A stretch of 64,000 nt of DNA from Eledone cirrhosa. Lineage: Eukaryota. Positions within the stretch are counted from its first letter, which is position 1; the number at the start of each line of letters is the position of its first letter. Shown piece by piece: positions 12,462 through 26,135 of the stretch. A program made the position numbers and the translations under genes. Where the stretch lies: assembly GCA_964016885.1 (NCBI GenBank), contig OZ024759.1, forward strand, positions 17,546,001 to 17,610,000. The letters run 5' to 3'. Below the pieces are notes generated by a model that saw only the letters and a program-made list of their open reading frames with translations, was not told the origin of the DNA and ran no database searches.

Positions 12462-12540
12462 TTAATTAATTTACAAATGTTTTAATCAATACACCAGGAA
12501 AAGACATTTCTCCTGTATTGATTTCTTCAGAATCTATTAA
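12462..12540 (-). ncRNA. Degenerate type I hammerhead (G12->A)
   Basis: Minus strand: TTAATAGATT-CTGAAGA-AATCAATACA...TGTATTGATT-AAAA-CATTTG-TA-AATTAATTAA. The base of stem II is a perfect 10 bp and stem I pairs 9 of 10. Confidence 0.6.
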
Positions 12541-12619
12541 ACAATATAAGTAACATAATCATATACCATTATATGGCTGTCTTATGAACTCATCTAAACA
12601 ATTATATGTATATGTATGT

Positions 12620-12718
<99 letters not shown>

Positions 12719-12969
12719 GAAATATCTATGATCGTCGGCAAATCACTGATGAGGGACTCATTTTATTACATGTTATCCATGCGCTACCTGCAGTATTTTT
12801 CTCTATATTTTATTATATATATATATATATATAGTAGATTTTAAATTTCATACACTTAACCTGTATGCATGATCTTAAGTTTTGGGGTCCATTTTATGGC
12901 CACCACTGTATAGTGGAGGAGTTGCTTCAAAACTGGCCTCCCTTCAGGCGCTAAGACAAAATCCAAATA

Positions 12970-13013
<44 letters not shown>

Positions 13014-13015
<2 letters not shown>

Positions 13016-13199
13016 TTTTAATATAGATGAGATTCTACAGGACTAGAACTGTTTCATTCATTAGAAATCATCCTGATGATTTCTAATGAATGAAACAGTT
13101 CTAGTCCTGTAGAATCTCATCTATATTAAAACTTTTATACTCTGCTATGTATTGAGTACCTTACTTACTGTGGTTACCTCCGATTCAACCCGGAATAAC

Positions 13200-13200
<1 letters not shown>
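13014..13200 (+). mobile_element. Fold-back element family P2, copy 2, with perfect 59-bp arms and hammerhead core
   Basis: 13014..13072 is the exact reverse complement of 13075..13133. CTGATGA at 13073 is followed by TTTCTAATGAAT-GAAACAG..CTGT-A-GAATCTC. (TA)n flanks. Confidence 0.8.
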
Positions 13201-13234
<34 letters not shown>

Positions 13235-13576
13235 TGTATGTGTATATATATAATATTTGTGTGTGTATATACATATGTGTGTGTCTGTGTCTGTATATAT
13301 ATATATATATATTACTATATATATATACACATATATATATATATATATGTATTGACAGTCGATAGATTTTCGTCAAATCGAACCAAGGAAACAATGTTTC
13401 CGTTGGTCTTTCCACTTGCTAATACTATCTATCGGTCACAGCTCCATGTAGGAGCAACGTGAAAGAAAGTGTCTTGCTCAATGAAATAGCGCATCACCCA
13501 ATCCAACCTCATGATTGCGAATCCAATTCTCTAACTACTCAGCCATGCGCTTTCACATATGTATATATATATATAT

Positions 13577-13609
<33 letters not shown>

Positions 13610-14147
13610 CAGAGAGAGTGGGGGAGAGAGAGAGAGTTATATAAACACATATGTACACTTACATATATATACAAAAATATACATATAAACATACACATTC
13701 TTACATTCTACACACAGAGCATAAACAGGGGCCAGTTTGTGATGTGCAGTAGACTATATATAAACTTTAGTGTCTATCTTGTCCAATGTTTATGCCATAA
13801 ACAACCGTCAATCAACCCTGTTTAAATAACTGGTTAATCTTTGGATCATAGTCACTGAGGGGAAACCTTTTATCTAAGAGCAGGACCATGTCGTTAGAGA
13901 GGAAAGGAGAGAGGGCAGAGGGAAGGAAGGAGGGAGTGGAGGGAATCTCTATGTAGAAACTAGCTGGCTACAAGACGACAACATTGGCGACAACTCCAAG
14001 AAAGAGTTTACATACAAATGTCTCTAATTGAATCTATATATGTTTGTTGGCTGTCAGTTTTCTTCTTGAATAAAGTCTCTGTTAACATCAAAATATTGTT
14101 ATGTTACTGACTCTTAACTCCAGACAGATCAATGATAATAATAATAA

Positions 14148-14556
14148 TGGTTTCTAATATAGGCACAAGGCCAGCAATTTTGGGAGAGCGGGCAAAGTCG
14201 ATTAAATCAACCCCAGTGCGTGATTGGTACTTTATTTTATCGACCCCGTAAGGATGAAAGGCAAAGTTAACCTCGGCGGGATTTGAGCTCAGACCATAAA
14301 GGGCCATAGCTCTATGCTGCAAAGCATGACATCTGACCCTCTACCGATACTGCCAATGATAATGATGATTTTTAGTATAGGCACAAGGCCCGTAATTTCG
14401 GGGGAGAGGAAAGTCGATTAAATCAACCCAGTACGTTACTGGTACTTTATTTTATCGACCCCGTAAGGATGAAAGTCAAAGTTAACCTCGGTGGGATTTG
14501 AACTCAGATCCTAAAGGGCTATAACACCATGGTGTCTGACACTCTACTGATACTGC
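14148..14556 (-). mobile_element. Two tandem SINE A copies
   Basis: Family A motifs, head-to-tail. Confidence 0.85.
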
Positions 14557-15489
14557 TATATATATATGTATATATGGTGAGAGAAATAATTGTCTTTCCA
14601 TCATCTATTGGATATCTGGTTAACCAAACTTGCAAATGGAAAGGTTGCTTTTGCCTCTTGAATCATGGAAACCATCCAAATGTTTAGTTTTCTTAGTTTG
14701 AACAAAAGAAACCCTGTATCGTATAAAAAGAATTGTGATAGTGATGATCCCAGCTTCCATAGCATTAACCCTTTTGATACCAATTTCACTGAAACTACCC
14801 CTGCTTCTGTAATACAAAACTGTTTGTGTTTAAAGTGTTTATATTTATCTAAACAAAACTTTTATATACAAACAGTAAATATAAGGAAGGTCTCATGCAC
14901 GCACGCATGCTCGATGGGCTTCCACATGGTTTCTATTTCTCAAATTTCAATCACAAGATTTAGCTAACATGATGTTATATTAGTTACTTAATATTTTTGT
15001 TGCCAACCTGTCCAAAACTGGCTCTGGTTCTATGAAATAAAACCACCCATTTTGAATGCTTCCAATTTAAATTATAATCTTCCAACATAATTTTATATAA
15101 GAACCTTACATTAAGTTACTATCTCAGTAATGAAATAATGAATAATTTTAGTAAATCCTTCAAAATTTTTCATTAATTAATTGAAATAGTGTATTTCATT
15201 AGGAATACAATCATGAAATGGTTAACCCAAAATTACATGTTTGAAAAACGATCTGCTTAATCACACAGGCATCCATGTTTCTCTGCTTCAACTGTAGAGC
15301 TTGATGAGGAAAGCTTTTGTGTAGGAGAAGGAGGGAAAGGGAGGTAATCTCTCTGTTGCCACCTTAGCGCAAGGTATGAACATTAAATGGATCCAGCGAC
15401 TGATTTTTATGGTTCACGAGAGAACAATTAAACTGGCTTTGTAGTCTTTTGGAAATCAATTTGTGTGAAATGTGAGAAAATGAAAATAA

Positions 15490-16392
15490 TATTCTTTCTA
15501 ATATAGGCACAGGGCCTGCAATTTAAAGGAAGGAGAAACTCTAGTATATTGACCAAAGTATTTAACTGGTACTTTATTTTAGTGATTCTGGAAGGATGAA
15601 AAGCATTGTGGGATTGGTGGGATTTGAACTCAGAATGTAGAAAATCTTAATTAAATGCTGCAAAACATTTTGCCTGATGCTCTACCAATACTGCCAAATT
15701 TGCCACTCTCCATATTTATATTGGTTTTTGATTTAGGCACAAGGCCAACAATTTTTGGGAAAGGGGAAAGTTGATTAAATCAACCCCAGTGCATTACTGG
15801 TACTTTATTTCATCGACTCTGCTAGGATGAAAGTCAAAGTTAACCTACACAGGATTTTAACTCAGGATGTAATGGGCCGTAACTCAATGCTGCAAAACAT
15901 GTTGACCGACACACTACTGATACTGCCCATCCACCACCCTCAATAATAGTATTATTTATAATAAAGTAGGTTGGAAGCAATGGTAGTGGCTGATAAATCC
16001 TTAACATTCTATTTTGATATTTCTAACTGAATCCCTATTTCTCTGAAGATAATGTGTAAAAGTCCTTGAGAGCTGTATATTATCTTCAATTAGAAACATC
16101 ATTACTGTTGGCTAAAATTTGCTTTCATTTTCTCTCCATGTAGCTGTAATTGAATCTCTTCAACTGGATAATAATGGACCCTCCATTAGCTTTGACAATG
16201 AACATTCATTCTTTCAATCAACTAAATACAGCAATTACCCCAGTGAATTACTTGTGCTTTATTTTATCGACCCCATATGACCCACGGATGAAAGGCAAAG
16301 CTAACCTCGGGTGGATTTGAACTCAGAACGTAAAGGGCCATAACTCTATGCTGCAAAGCATGGTGTGTGATGCTCCACCAATGCTTCCAATC
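15490..16392 (-). mobile_element. Three SINE A copies (15490..15700, 15722..15938, 16227..16392)
   Basis: Family A motifs. Confidence 0.75.
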
Positions 16393-17169
16393 CATAATGC
16401 CCTTAAATCTTTTCTTTATGTTGGTATTTGTTAGTTTCATGCTTTTGACTGTGACTGTGCTAAGACACCATCTTTGAAGGTTTTGGATAAAAAATGTTGA
16501 CTCTAAATAATTATTTTAGTTTGTTGTATATTATATTTTATTGATTTCTATTTGTCAAATGGCTTAGTTAAATTATGCTTCTTCCCAGATTTCAAGACAA
16601 AAAAAAAAACAATAATTATGGCTGTCATTTTTCTGAAGACTGAAACTACAATTATTTTTATTACTCCAATCTTATTTATTCTGTTTTGTTACTCTTTTAT
16701 TGGTTTCAGTTACTAGATTGTGGCCTGCTGGGGCACGAGCATCAAGGAATTTAGTCAATCATATTGACTCCAGTATTTATTATTTTAAGTCTGGTGCTTA
16801 TTTTATCAATTTGTTTCAGTCGAACCACTAAGTTATGGGACATAAACACAGGCTGACTGTGACCTGCTGGGGCACCACCATCAAGGAATTTAGTTGATCA
16901 TATCAACCACAGTATTTATTCTTTTAAGTCTGGTGCTTATTTTATCAATTTGTTTTAGTCGAACCACTAAGTTATGGGACATAAACACAGGCCAAGACAC
17001 AAATGTAAACTGATAACACACGTGTGCACACACATTATTGGATTGGTCAATCGAAGGCTATAGTTGTATACACTTGCCTCAGGTTCTTATACAGTTGGAG
17101 TGAACTGACCTGAAAGCATGTGGTTGCATAACAAATTTTAACTACACGGCTATGTCTGTACCTAGTTAA

Positions 17170-17980
17170 CCCTTTTGTGACTATATTTCTCATGAAATAT
17201 ACTATATTTCATTTAATTAATGAAATTTTGAAGGGATTTACTAAAGTAGTGAATTATTTCATTATTAAAATCTTATTTGCAATATAACAAAAGGCCCTTA
17301 TATCCAACTCTGTTGGAAGATTTTAATTTAAATACGAACCTATTAAGATGGATGGTTTTGTTTCATAGAACCGGAATGGTTTTCGGGCAGGTTGGTATCA
17401 AAAGGGTGAAGATAATATTTGAAAAGAACCCCCTATTTCAGTTAATTAATGAAGAACTTTGAAGGATTTATTAAAATTATTAATTAAATTATTAACATGA
17501 TAAAAAGTTCTTATCAAATTATGCTGTAAGATTTTAATTTAAATAGGGCTCTTTTAGAATGAGTGATTTTGTTTCATGAACCAAAGCCTGCTTTGACTAT
17601 GTATTGAACATGTTAACAAAGAAATTTGAAGGACTTACTAAAATTATTTATTATTTCATTAGTAAGATAACTTAACAGATGGTTCTCATATTGAATTCTT
17701 TTGAATGGTTTTAATTTAAATAGGAACCTTTTAATATTGGTGGTTTTGTTTCATAGAACCAGAGCCAGTTTTGGGCTGGGTTGGTATCACACATGTGAAC
17801 AAAGAATTTTGAAGGGTTTACTAAATTTATTTATTATTTCTTTACTAAGATAGTAACTTAACAGATGTTTCTTATATCAAATTCTTTTGGAAGATTTTAA
17901 TTTAAATAGGAACCCTTTAAAATTGGTGGTTTTATTTCATAGATGTAGAGCTGGTTTTGGGCAGGTTGGCATCGAAAAAG
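17170..17980. mobile_element. piggyBac-like MITE followed by three degenerate tandem partial copies
   Basis: TTAA|CCCTTT...AAAAGGG, then a ~180-bp block repeated three times. Confidence 0.65.
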
Positions 17981-18642
17981 CTAAAGAAAAAAAATTTGAT
18001 GGATGTCATCTCTTTTCCGTAAACTCAAATGACAATTACTTTTATTCCAACAGTGTCAGTTATTTTTTATTTTAGAAGAAGCTTATGTTTCTCTGTTTGT
18101 TTTCTGTTTCCGTTTCCTGGTTCATGCAAGAAAAAACCCAAGTTGTCAAAATTCCATTAAAATTCCATCTGATGCCATCAGTTGGAATGAGAGTAATGAA
18201 TGTAGTGAGAGGAGGAGAAGAGAGGGAGTGATACAAGTGTAGGAAAGAGATGAAAGAAGAGGGAGTGGTAGAGAGAGAAGGAGAGGGAGTGATTTGGGAG
18301 CGAGGTGAGATATACATGAGGGAGGAGAGATGTAGGAGAGGCAGTAATAGGAGAGAAATATGAGGGGGAAAGAGGGATATATGAGAGGAGAAGAAAGAGA
18401 GATATATAAGATGGGATAGAGAGAAGAAAGAGAAAGGTGGAGGGGAGATAGTGAGGTGAGGTGAGGGAGAAACTGAGGTTTTGAAAAAATCAATTTCTGA
18501 CAAGAATTATTGAAATGGGTTGAAAGAAGAAGCAACTTATGAGATGACGGACTTGCTAGTCTTAGTGTGTGGTGGAGGTGGGGTTGGAGTCCAGGGAAGA
18601 GGTTATGAAGCAGGGTCACACATATACACATATTCACATAAA

Positions 18643-18828
18643 CACATGTTCACATATACACATGTTCACATACACACATGTTCACATACACACATGTTCA
18701 CATACACACATGTTCACATATACACATGTTCACATACACACATGTTCACATACACACGTTTACATATACACATGTTCACATACACACATGTTCACATATA
18801 CACATGTTCACATACATACATGTTCACA
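18643..18828. repeat. 16-18-bp minisatellite (catgttcacatacaca..)
   Basis: Directly visible. Confidence 0.85.
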
Positions 18829-19902
18829 AGCAGACACATACACACACACAAACACACACACAGGCAAATGTGCACACAGGCAGACGTACATACATAGGGA
18901 GACTGGTAGACACAAACATACATGCATGTGCATACACACAAGGAAAACAGACACAGAACATACACAAAAGAGACAGACAGAGGGAGCGACAGAGAAAAGA
19001 AGGGCAACCTTTCACCCACATTTCCTATGCACTACCATTGTGACCCTCCAACAACTATAATAATAATAATAAAGGGTTCTTTATTATTTTAATAATAATA
19101 ATAAAAATAAAATACATTTGCTGAAATTATATCAAATAAAAATAGTTAAAACATAGTTCGAGCAATGTTGGACCAAGTTTGTTTTGGAGAAGGAGGTGAA
19201 AGAAAAGGAGTAACAGAAAGAAAAGGAGTAAAACAAATGTGCAAGTGTAAATTATACTTGAGTGTGTGTTTATATATATAATATGTGTGTGTGTGCGTGC
19301 GTGCATCCGTGTATATGTGTGTATATATATGTGTATCCGATGATGTTGACTAGTTCTCCTTTTCGGCCAGTGGTTTTTTGATTCTCAGAAAGTGGGAGTG
19401 GTCAAGTGCAAGACCTTTCCCCACTTAAAAAAAACCTTCAAAGCACAGGCATTGCTTGTTAAGGATCTGTTACAGGTTCACGTGGCTGGCTGTACCCTAA
19501 AAGTGCACCATTTTCTGTAATCTGACAAGTGATTGCAATTCTCTTACCAGAGTTTGCAGCCATCATATATATATATATGAGAGACGTAAAATAAGAAAAT
19601 TATAAAATTAACTTACTTATGTTACTAGATATTAATTCTTTATATATATATAAATATATATTTATATATATGTATGTATGAGTCTCAGAAGATCCCGTAA
19701 AAGGGTGAAAGCAGCGATTCTTTGCTTAAACTTTATTCTGTACAAATAATAGATATTTGCTCTACAGGTTTTATATATATAATCCTCATAATAGAGCCCT
19801 CTTCGGATTTTAGTCTTCATAATTATATATTATATTATATATATATAATATATATATATGGGGATGTATTTATATATGTATATGTGTATATTTATATGTA
19901 TC

Positions 19903-19940
19903 TGTGTCTGATGAAGGACTAGTGTCCGAAACGCTAAGAA
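19903..19940 (+). ncRNA. Minimal hammerhead core, stems I/III degenerate
   Basis: CTGATGA-A-GGAC(TAGT)GTCC-GAAAC-GCTA. The core and stem II are intact; the 5' stem I strand abuts a microsatellite. Confidence 0.55.
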
Positions 19941-22501
19941 TTTTCTAATCTTTTAAGCGTTAAACTTATATATTTCTTTATTGTACTGTTTCAATTACCT
20001 TGTTATTTCTATTTACTTTTTACATGTATATATATATATTTATATTTGTATGAACATTTTTTAACACCTATATATATATATATATATATATATAGGTGTT
20101 AAAAAGGCCCTCTTACCTACGACTATATCGAATATGAATAAAAAAAAAAAAAAAGGGAGGGGCACACACAACAAAGACAATGAAAAAAAATCACTGAAAA
20201 CCGAACAGTCCCTTCTCATCAGTTAAACTCTGGAAATCACTATAATTTCAGTGCATTTTGGTTATGAGAAAAAAAATAGAAAGTAGAAAAGAAAAAATAT
20301 ATATTTGAACTGCAGTCCTGCATACAAAAACAAAGAAGATTGGCAGGGAGGCTGAGGAAAGGAAGAAGTGTGTGTGTGTGCCTATATATGTGTGTGTGTG
20401 TGCATATATGTGTGTTTGTGTGTGTATATATATGTGTGTATATGTGTGTGTATATATATATACTGTTTGCATCTGGTGGAGTATGGTTAGAATAGTTACA
20501 CTGTATCCCTGCATGTCATAAAAGTCAATTGGTGTCTGGAAGAATGCCTAGCTGTAAAACAATCTTGAATTATCCACAATTGCAATATCTTGAAACCCCC
20601 AAAATCTCTAAGTTGTTCTAGCACTGGCAATTCCATAACACTCTACTTTCATGATCTATGTAATTTATATAAAACTACCTTCAAGGTATTTCTATAAGCT
20701 GTAAATGGATATTACATTTAGACTTTAGTTTCACCTCCAAGCTGTCCCATTTTCTAGATGTATGTCTGGACCCATTTACTCTTGACCTGATGGAGTTGTG
20801 ATGGCACTGTAGTGAAATATATTATGTCTTGGGAAGTTTAAATCTGGCAAAGTCAACCCCTCTATACATCTGAGTACAGTCAATATCTTCCTGAGAAGAG
20901 GAGGTGATAGAGGGGGCAGTGAGGAGGAGATATCAAGATATCAATTTACCCTTGTCCTGGACAGCTACTTTTTAAATCGACCTTGGAAGGATAGAAACAA
21001 AGCTGACCTCTGTGGGATGTGAATTCAGAGTTCAAAAAAAAGCCAGAACAAATACAGCAAGGTATTCTATCTGGCACTTTATTGATTCTGCCAATTTGTC
21101 ACTTATTTTATAAACACTGTGTACAAATATCCCCAAATCTGAAACACTTCTGCACCCAAACCATCTCAACCTGTGTCTGTATATGTGTGTTTGTGTTGAA
21201 TTATATGTATGTGTATGCATATATGGCAAATTGGCAGAATCATTCTGCTTTGCAGTACTCATACTGCTTTGCAGTATTCATTCCAGTTTTCTTTGCTCTC
21301 TGAGTTCAAATCCTGCTGAGGCTAACTTTGCCTTTCATTGTCCCTGGGTTGATAAAAGAAGCGCCGTTTCAGTACTGTGTTTGATTCTTCCCCTATATCT
21401 TTTTCTCACTTGCTCTCTATCATTCTCTCTATTTCTCTGGAATAAATTGGGCTGTGTTGAAACCTAGAGAAGACATGGGGGGGGGGGGTTCCATCAGGTT
21501 TAAAGTGTCCAACTTGTTATGATGGTACCTCTATAACTCCATCTAGAGCTATGGGTCTATACATACATATGTAAGTGTTTGAACCTATGCGGCTCAGTGC
21601 TTAGGGTGTTTGACTCACAATTGTAAGGTTGTGAGTTCGATTTCTGACAGCATGTTGTGCCCTTCAGCAAGAAACTTTATTTCACAGTTATTCTAGTTCA
21701 TTCAGCTGGCAAAAATCAGTTGCACCTGTAGTTCAAAGGCCCCAGCTTTGTCAGACACTGTGCCGCTGAATCTTCCCGAGAACTACATTCATGGTACGAA
21801 TGTCTCTGTGTGTAGAATGCTCAGCCACTTACCCATTAATGATCAAACATCTGGGAGCCTCATTTTTGGAATTGATGGAATCCCAACAAGTTATGCTTGT
21901 GTTTGTATGTGTGTATATGTGTATAAGTGTGCATGGGTGTGTTCTGGTATGTTTGCGTGCGTGTGTATGTATGTATGTGCATATTTCAGTATTTGTGCGT
22001 GTGTATTTGTGACTTTGTGCATGTGTGTATATTTATATGGTTCTGTGTGTGCTCACACGTGTATCAGTTTGTACATATGCATCTGTGTGTATCAATATGT
22101 GCATGTATGTATATGTATGTGTATATGTGTGTATATGAATATGTGTGTGTGTGCTCACAAATGTGTGTCAATATGTGCATGTATGTATATGTATGTGTAT
22201 GTGTGTGTATATGAATATGTGTGTGTGTGCTCACAAATGTGTATCAATATGTGCATGTATGTATATGTATGTGTATATGTGCGTATATGAATGTGTGTGT
22301 GTGCTCACAAATGTGTATCAATATGTGCATGTATGTATATGTATGTGTATATGTGTGTGCCCACAAATGTGTATCAGTATGTGTGGATGTGCGTGTACAT
22401 GTGAAGTTGAAAGAAATGTGAGAGAGGAGGGGGAGATATAACAATCAACGTCATCTGTTTCACATTTTCTTTTCAATTCTCAACATTATCAAATAACGCA
22501 T

Positions 22502-22538
<37 letters not shown>

Positions 22539-23113
22539 CACACAACACATTCACATATATATATGCATATATATGTACATACATACATATATGTGTAGCG
22601 ATGTGTGTTTACATATTTTATATGTGTGTGTGTATATATATTATATATATATATATGTGTGTATATATATGTGTATATATATGTGTATATATATGTGTAT
22701 ATATATGTGTATATATATATGTATATATATATGTGTATATATATATGTATATATATATATATGTGTATATATATATGTATATATGTGTATATATATGTGT
22801 GTATATATATGTGTATATATATATATATATATGTGTATATATATGTGTATATATGTGTGTATATATATATATTGTGTACATACATATATGTTTATATATA
22901 TGTGTATATATGTGTGTATATATATATATATTGTGTACATACATATATGTTTATATATATATTGTGTACATATATATGAATATATATTGTGTACATATAT
23001 ATGTACCGTAAACTCTTGGTAGATTTATCTACATATATATAAATATATATATGTATATATATATATATATATATACATTGCAAGCAGGGAAAAGCAGACG
23101 TAAAATGAAATGA

Positions 23114-23155
<42 letters not shown>

Positions 23156-23558
23156 GGATATACTGTATATATAAACACAATATGTTTTCTAATTCATGAA
23201 ATTTGCAGTATAGAATTAACCAAATGGAGTATTGTTTAGGTTAAAACTCTTTTTTAATTAGTTACCGAATTATTGTTTTATTTGTTTTCTGACAATAATT
23301 CACCTTTCCAACCCTCTTTGTCTCCCTCTCTCTCTCTCACACCTTCTTTCACATATACACACATGCCTTCATTCATATATATATATGTATGTTTATAAAT
23401 GTGAGTGTGTACGAATACATGCCTGTATATATATATTTATATATATATATATATACGTACATATATATATGTACATATATATGTACATATATATTCATAC
23501 ATACATAAGCGCACACATGCATATATATATATATTTATATATGCATACATATATGTAA

Positions 23559-23589
<31 letters not shown>

Positions 23590-23977
23590 GTTTTTTTTTC
23601 ATTAAAGAAGAATGTGTTTGAAAATAATTTTAATAGTTTCCCATATCTTGGATAAAAACATAAAATTGATTTAATTTTAGAAACTTTAGAAATCAATGAG
23701 TTTCACCAAATAATAGGAGGATGTGTTTGTGGAGGGGGGAAAATCACACAATTATATTTTTTCTGATTTTTATTATTACTATTATTATTATTATTATCAT
23801 TTTTTTTTCTTTTAAATCTCTATTTGAACGGACAATGTTACGGAGTGATGTTTTCCGCTTTGTTTGGGCAGACCTAATCTAGGCATATTTTTGCGACTAT
23901 TATTCTAAAGATATTTGCCATGTAGGTTTATAAAGAAGAAATAATAATAGTAATAATAATAATAATTTAAATTATAA

Positions 23978-25657
23978 TCAAAATTTTGCAGTGGCTTTAC
24001 GGCAGAGGATAATGTGAATGAATGCCTTACGGAAATCCTCATTAAAGATTGTGTAGAGCAAAGGGTTAAGGGTTGAATTGACATAACCAAGCCAAATGAT
24101 AAAGGACTGCACATGTGGATTGATTCCACAGTTTGAGCAGAAGCTACGAATGACATACATAAAGGTAAATGGCATCCAACAGAGGCAGAAAATTGCCATG
24201 ATTAGTGCCATACGTTTAGTTGCTCTCTGTTCTCGTTGCTCGAACCGACGTTTGACATTGGCATTCATCATCGCCGGCTTTGTTGACTTTTCTGGCATTT
24301 TCTGTAGAGTATGCACCCTGTGTTTCCCTTTGCGGGACTTGGTATCATTCTTGGAAAGCTCACTGATGATATTAATGGCTCTCTGTCGCATTGTCTTTGA
24401 AGCCTTTGTATTGGCCGCCAATTCATCGGGTTTCTCCAGTGTTGCTTTTGAATCTGCTGGAACAGTTACACCTGTTGCTCCTGTACAGTTCTCTTTTTCT
24501 GAGTCACTGTGGGACGTTGATGTCACCATTAGCAGCTCTCTTTCAGAATCGGTTGTCTCGGGGGCACATTTCAGCAACTGGCCTTCCAGTTTTGTGGCAT
24601 TACTAGTGGTATCACTCTCCGAGGACATGACCAGTATCGTAGTTTTGTCTGCATGGTCATCATCAGTCAAAGCCGACTCATCTGTTTCGATAGACAGTAG
24701 TTGACTGCTCTGACGGTTGTCGGCTGGCCACATATTACCGTTGGTTGTCTGTTTTTCCAGTGGATGCATTTCAAATGTTTCTTCTGTTTTCGGTGAAGAC
24801 ACAGTGGATTTTTCTTTTGAGTTTTTGAACTGGGTCTGGCCTTGGATTTTTGCTTGTCGCGCCTTTGACCGTTTTCGTAGTTCCATAAAAATACGCACAT
24901 AAATAAAAAACATCAAGAACATTGGTATTATAAAAGAACCGAATGCTGAGTAGAGCACGAAGCTCTTTGTCATGAACAAAATACAGTCATTTGCTTTAAT
25001 GAGGCTATTGAACTGAAAGAACGTCGATAACATATGGCGCCAACCGATGAATGGCGCAATTGAGACTACAATAGAAAAGAGCCAAACTGTGATGATGTAA
25101 AAGACAGCACGCTTTGAAGTATCTTGTGTTTGGTACCAAATTGGATAGACAGTAGCTGTGTATCTATCGACAGCAATTGTACACAAACCCCAAATAGAAG
25201 CAGTACAATACAAAACATCTAAGCACAACCACATCATGCATGTAATATTTCCGAATACCCAGTACCCGAGTACATCGTAGCTTGCCGATATCGGAAGTAC
25301 TGTTAAAGACAACAAGAAATCACTTATAGCCAGGTTGCCTATCAGGCAGTTTGATAAAGTTCTCAGCCCTTTGTATTTGTATAAGGCTAGAAGCACCATG
25401 AAATTGCCGAATAATGTCAGCAGTGTTAGAAATCCTAATATTATCGCAACAATTAAAAAAACAATGAAGGAATCATAACGAGTTGAACAGATCGGTTCCT
25501 GCAGAAGCCACCCAGATGCATTAACACCACATGGGTATGATTTGTTAAACCATTCACTTTCATTAAAATTTTGTTCTAAGTCTTTCAATTTTGAGTCATT
25601 TGGTACCTTCACATCTGCGAACAAGTCGTCTTTTGTCAAGAATTTTGAAGAATTCAT
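23978..25657 (-). CDS. Class A aminergic GPCR, tyramine/octopamine (alpha-adrenergic-like) receptor-like, 559 aa, intronless CDS
   Basis: Seven hydrophobic segments with class A motifs: TM1 GNxxV; TM2 NLAISD; TM3 CLDVLYCTASIWGLCTIAVDRY (Asp3.32, DRY); TM4 W; TM5 YSAFGSFIIP (Ser5.42, Ser5.46); long ICL3; TM6 CWMPF; TM7 WLGYVNSTLNPLLY; helix 8 FRKAF; short tail with a Cys. N-terminal N-glycosylation sequons are present. Confidence 0.95.
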   Translation of the reverse strand: MNSSKFLTKDDLFADVKVPNDSKLKDLEQNFNESEWFNKSYPCGVNASGWLLQEPICSTRYDSFIVFLIVAIILGFLTLLTLFGNFMVLLALYKYKGLRTLSNCLIGNLAISDFLLSLTVLPISASYDVLGYWVFGNITCMMWLCLDVLYCTASIWGLCTIAVDRYTATVYPIWYQTQDTSKRAVFYIITVWLFSIVVSIAPFIGWRHMLSTFFQFNSLIKANDCILFMTKSFVLYSAFGSFIIPMFLMFFIYVRIFMELRKRSKARQAKIQGQTQFKNSKEKSTVSSPKTEETFEMHPLEKQTTNGNMWPADNRQSSQLLSIETDESALTDDDHADKTTILVMSSESDTTSNATKLEGQLLKCAPETTDSERELLMVTSTSHSDSEKENCTGATGVTVPADSKATLEKPDELAANTKASKTMRQRAINIISELSKNDTKSRKGKHRVHTLQKMPEKSTKPAMMNANVKRRFEQREQRATKRMALIMAIFCLCWMPFTFMYVIRSFCSNCGINPHVQSFIIWLGYVNSTLNPLLYTIFNEDFRKAFIHIILCRKATAKF

Positions 25658-25835
25658 TTTTGCATCCCTCTTGACTTAAAATCTGTTTAAAATCGTGTTA
25701 ATGCATGTTTTACCTTGTGTTATTTAAATCATGTTGTTGTTGTTGTAGAAAGTTCTTTTTTTTCCCATTTGTCTCACGTTGTCTTCTCTTCACTACATTG
25801 CTAAATGCTCACCTTCAGTTAAGTGCGTTTTCCAG

Positions 25836-25865
25836 CTGAAATAGAATAATTAATACAATAATCAA
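25836..25865 (-). other. Putative splice acceptor of a 5'-UTR intron of the GPCR gene
   Basis: Minus strand reads attattgtattaattattctatttcag|ctgg, a T-rich tract ending in TTTCAG about 180 nt upstream of the ATG. Repeat-rich sequence begins shortly upstream. Confidence 0.6.
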
Positions 25866-26135
25866 TAACAAAAACAATATGATGAAGAACATTAACCATA
25901 ATAATAATAATAATATGATATGGACATTATCAATTTAAAAACTTTGCAAAGACATTTACTGTTATTTGTACCCTTGTGGTATGGTATCATCTGTATGACA
26001 ATTGATTATAAAATGTGTGTATTATCAAATTTTGCCTCAGGTGTCAGGTTGATATTTGGCATGATTTGGGAAAGAAGCAGAATTCAAAGAAAGTTTCAAA
26101 CAACAACAACAACAACAAAAACAAAAACAACAATG

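Noticed and set aside
12745-12800. CTGATGAGGGAC hammerhead-like start
   Set aside because: No properly placed GAAA or stem III downstream.
20180-20232. Minus-strand CTGATGAG
   Set aside because: No closing stem II, GAAA or stem I partner.
24096-24902. Plus-strand ORFs overlapping the GPCR
   Set aside because: Antisense shadows of the real CDS.
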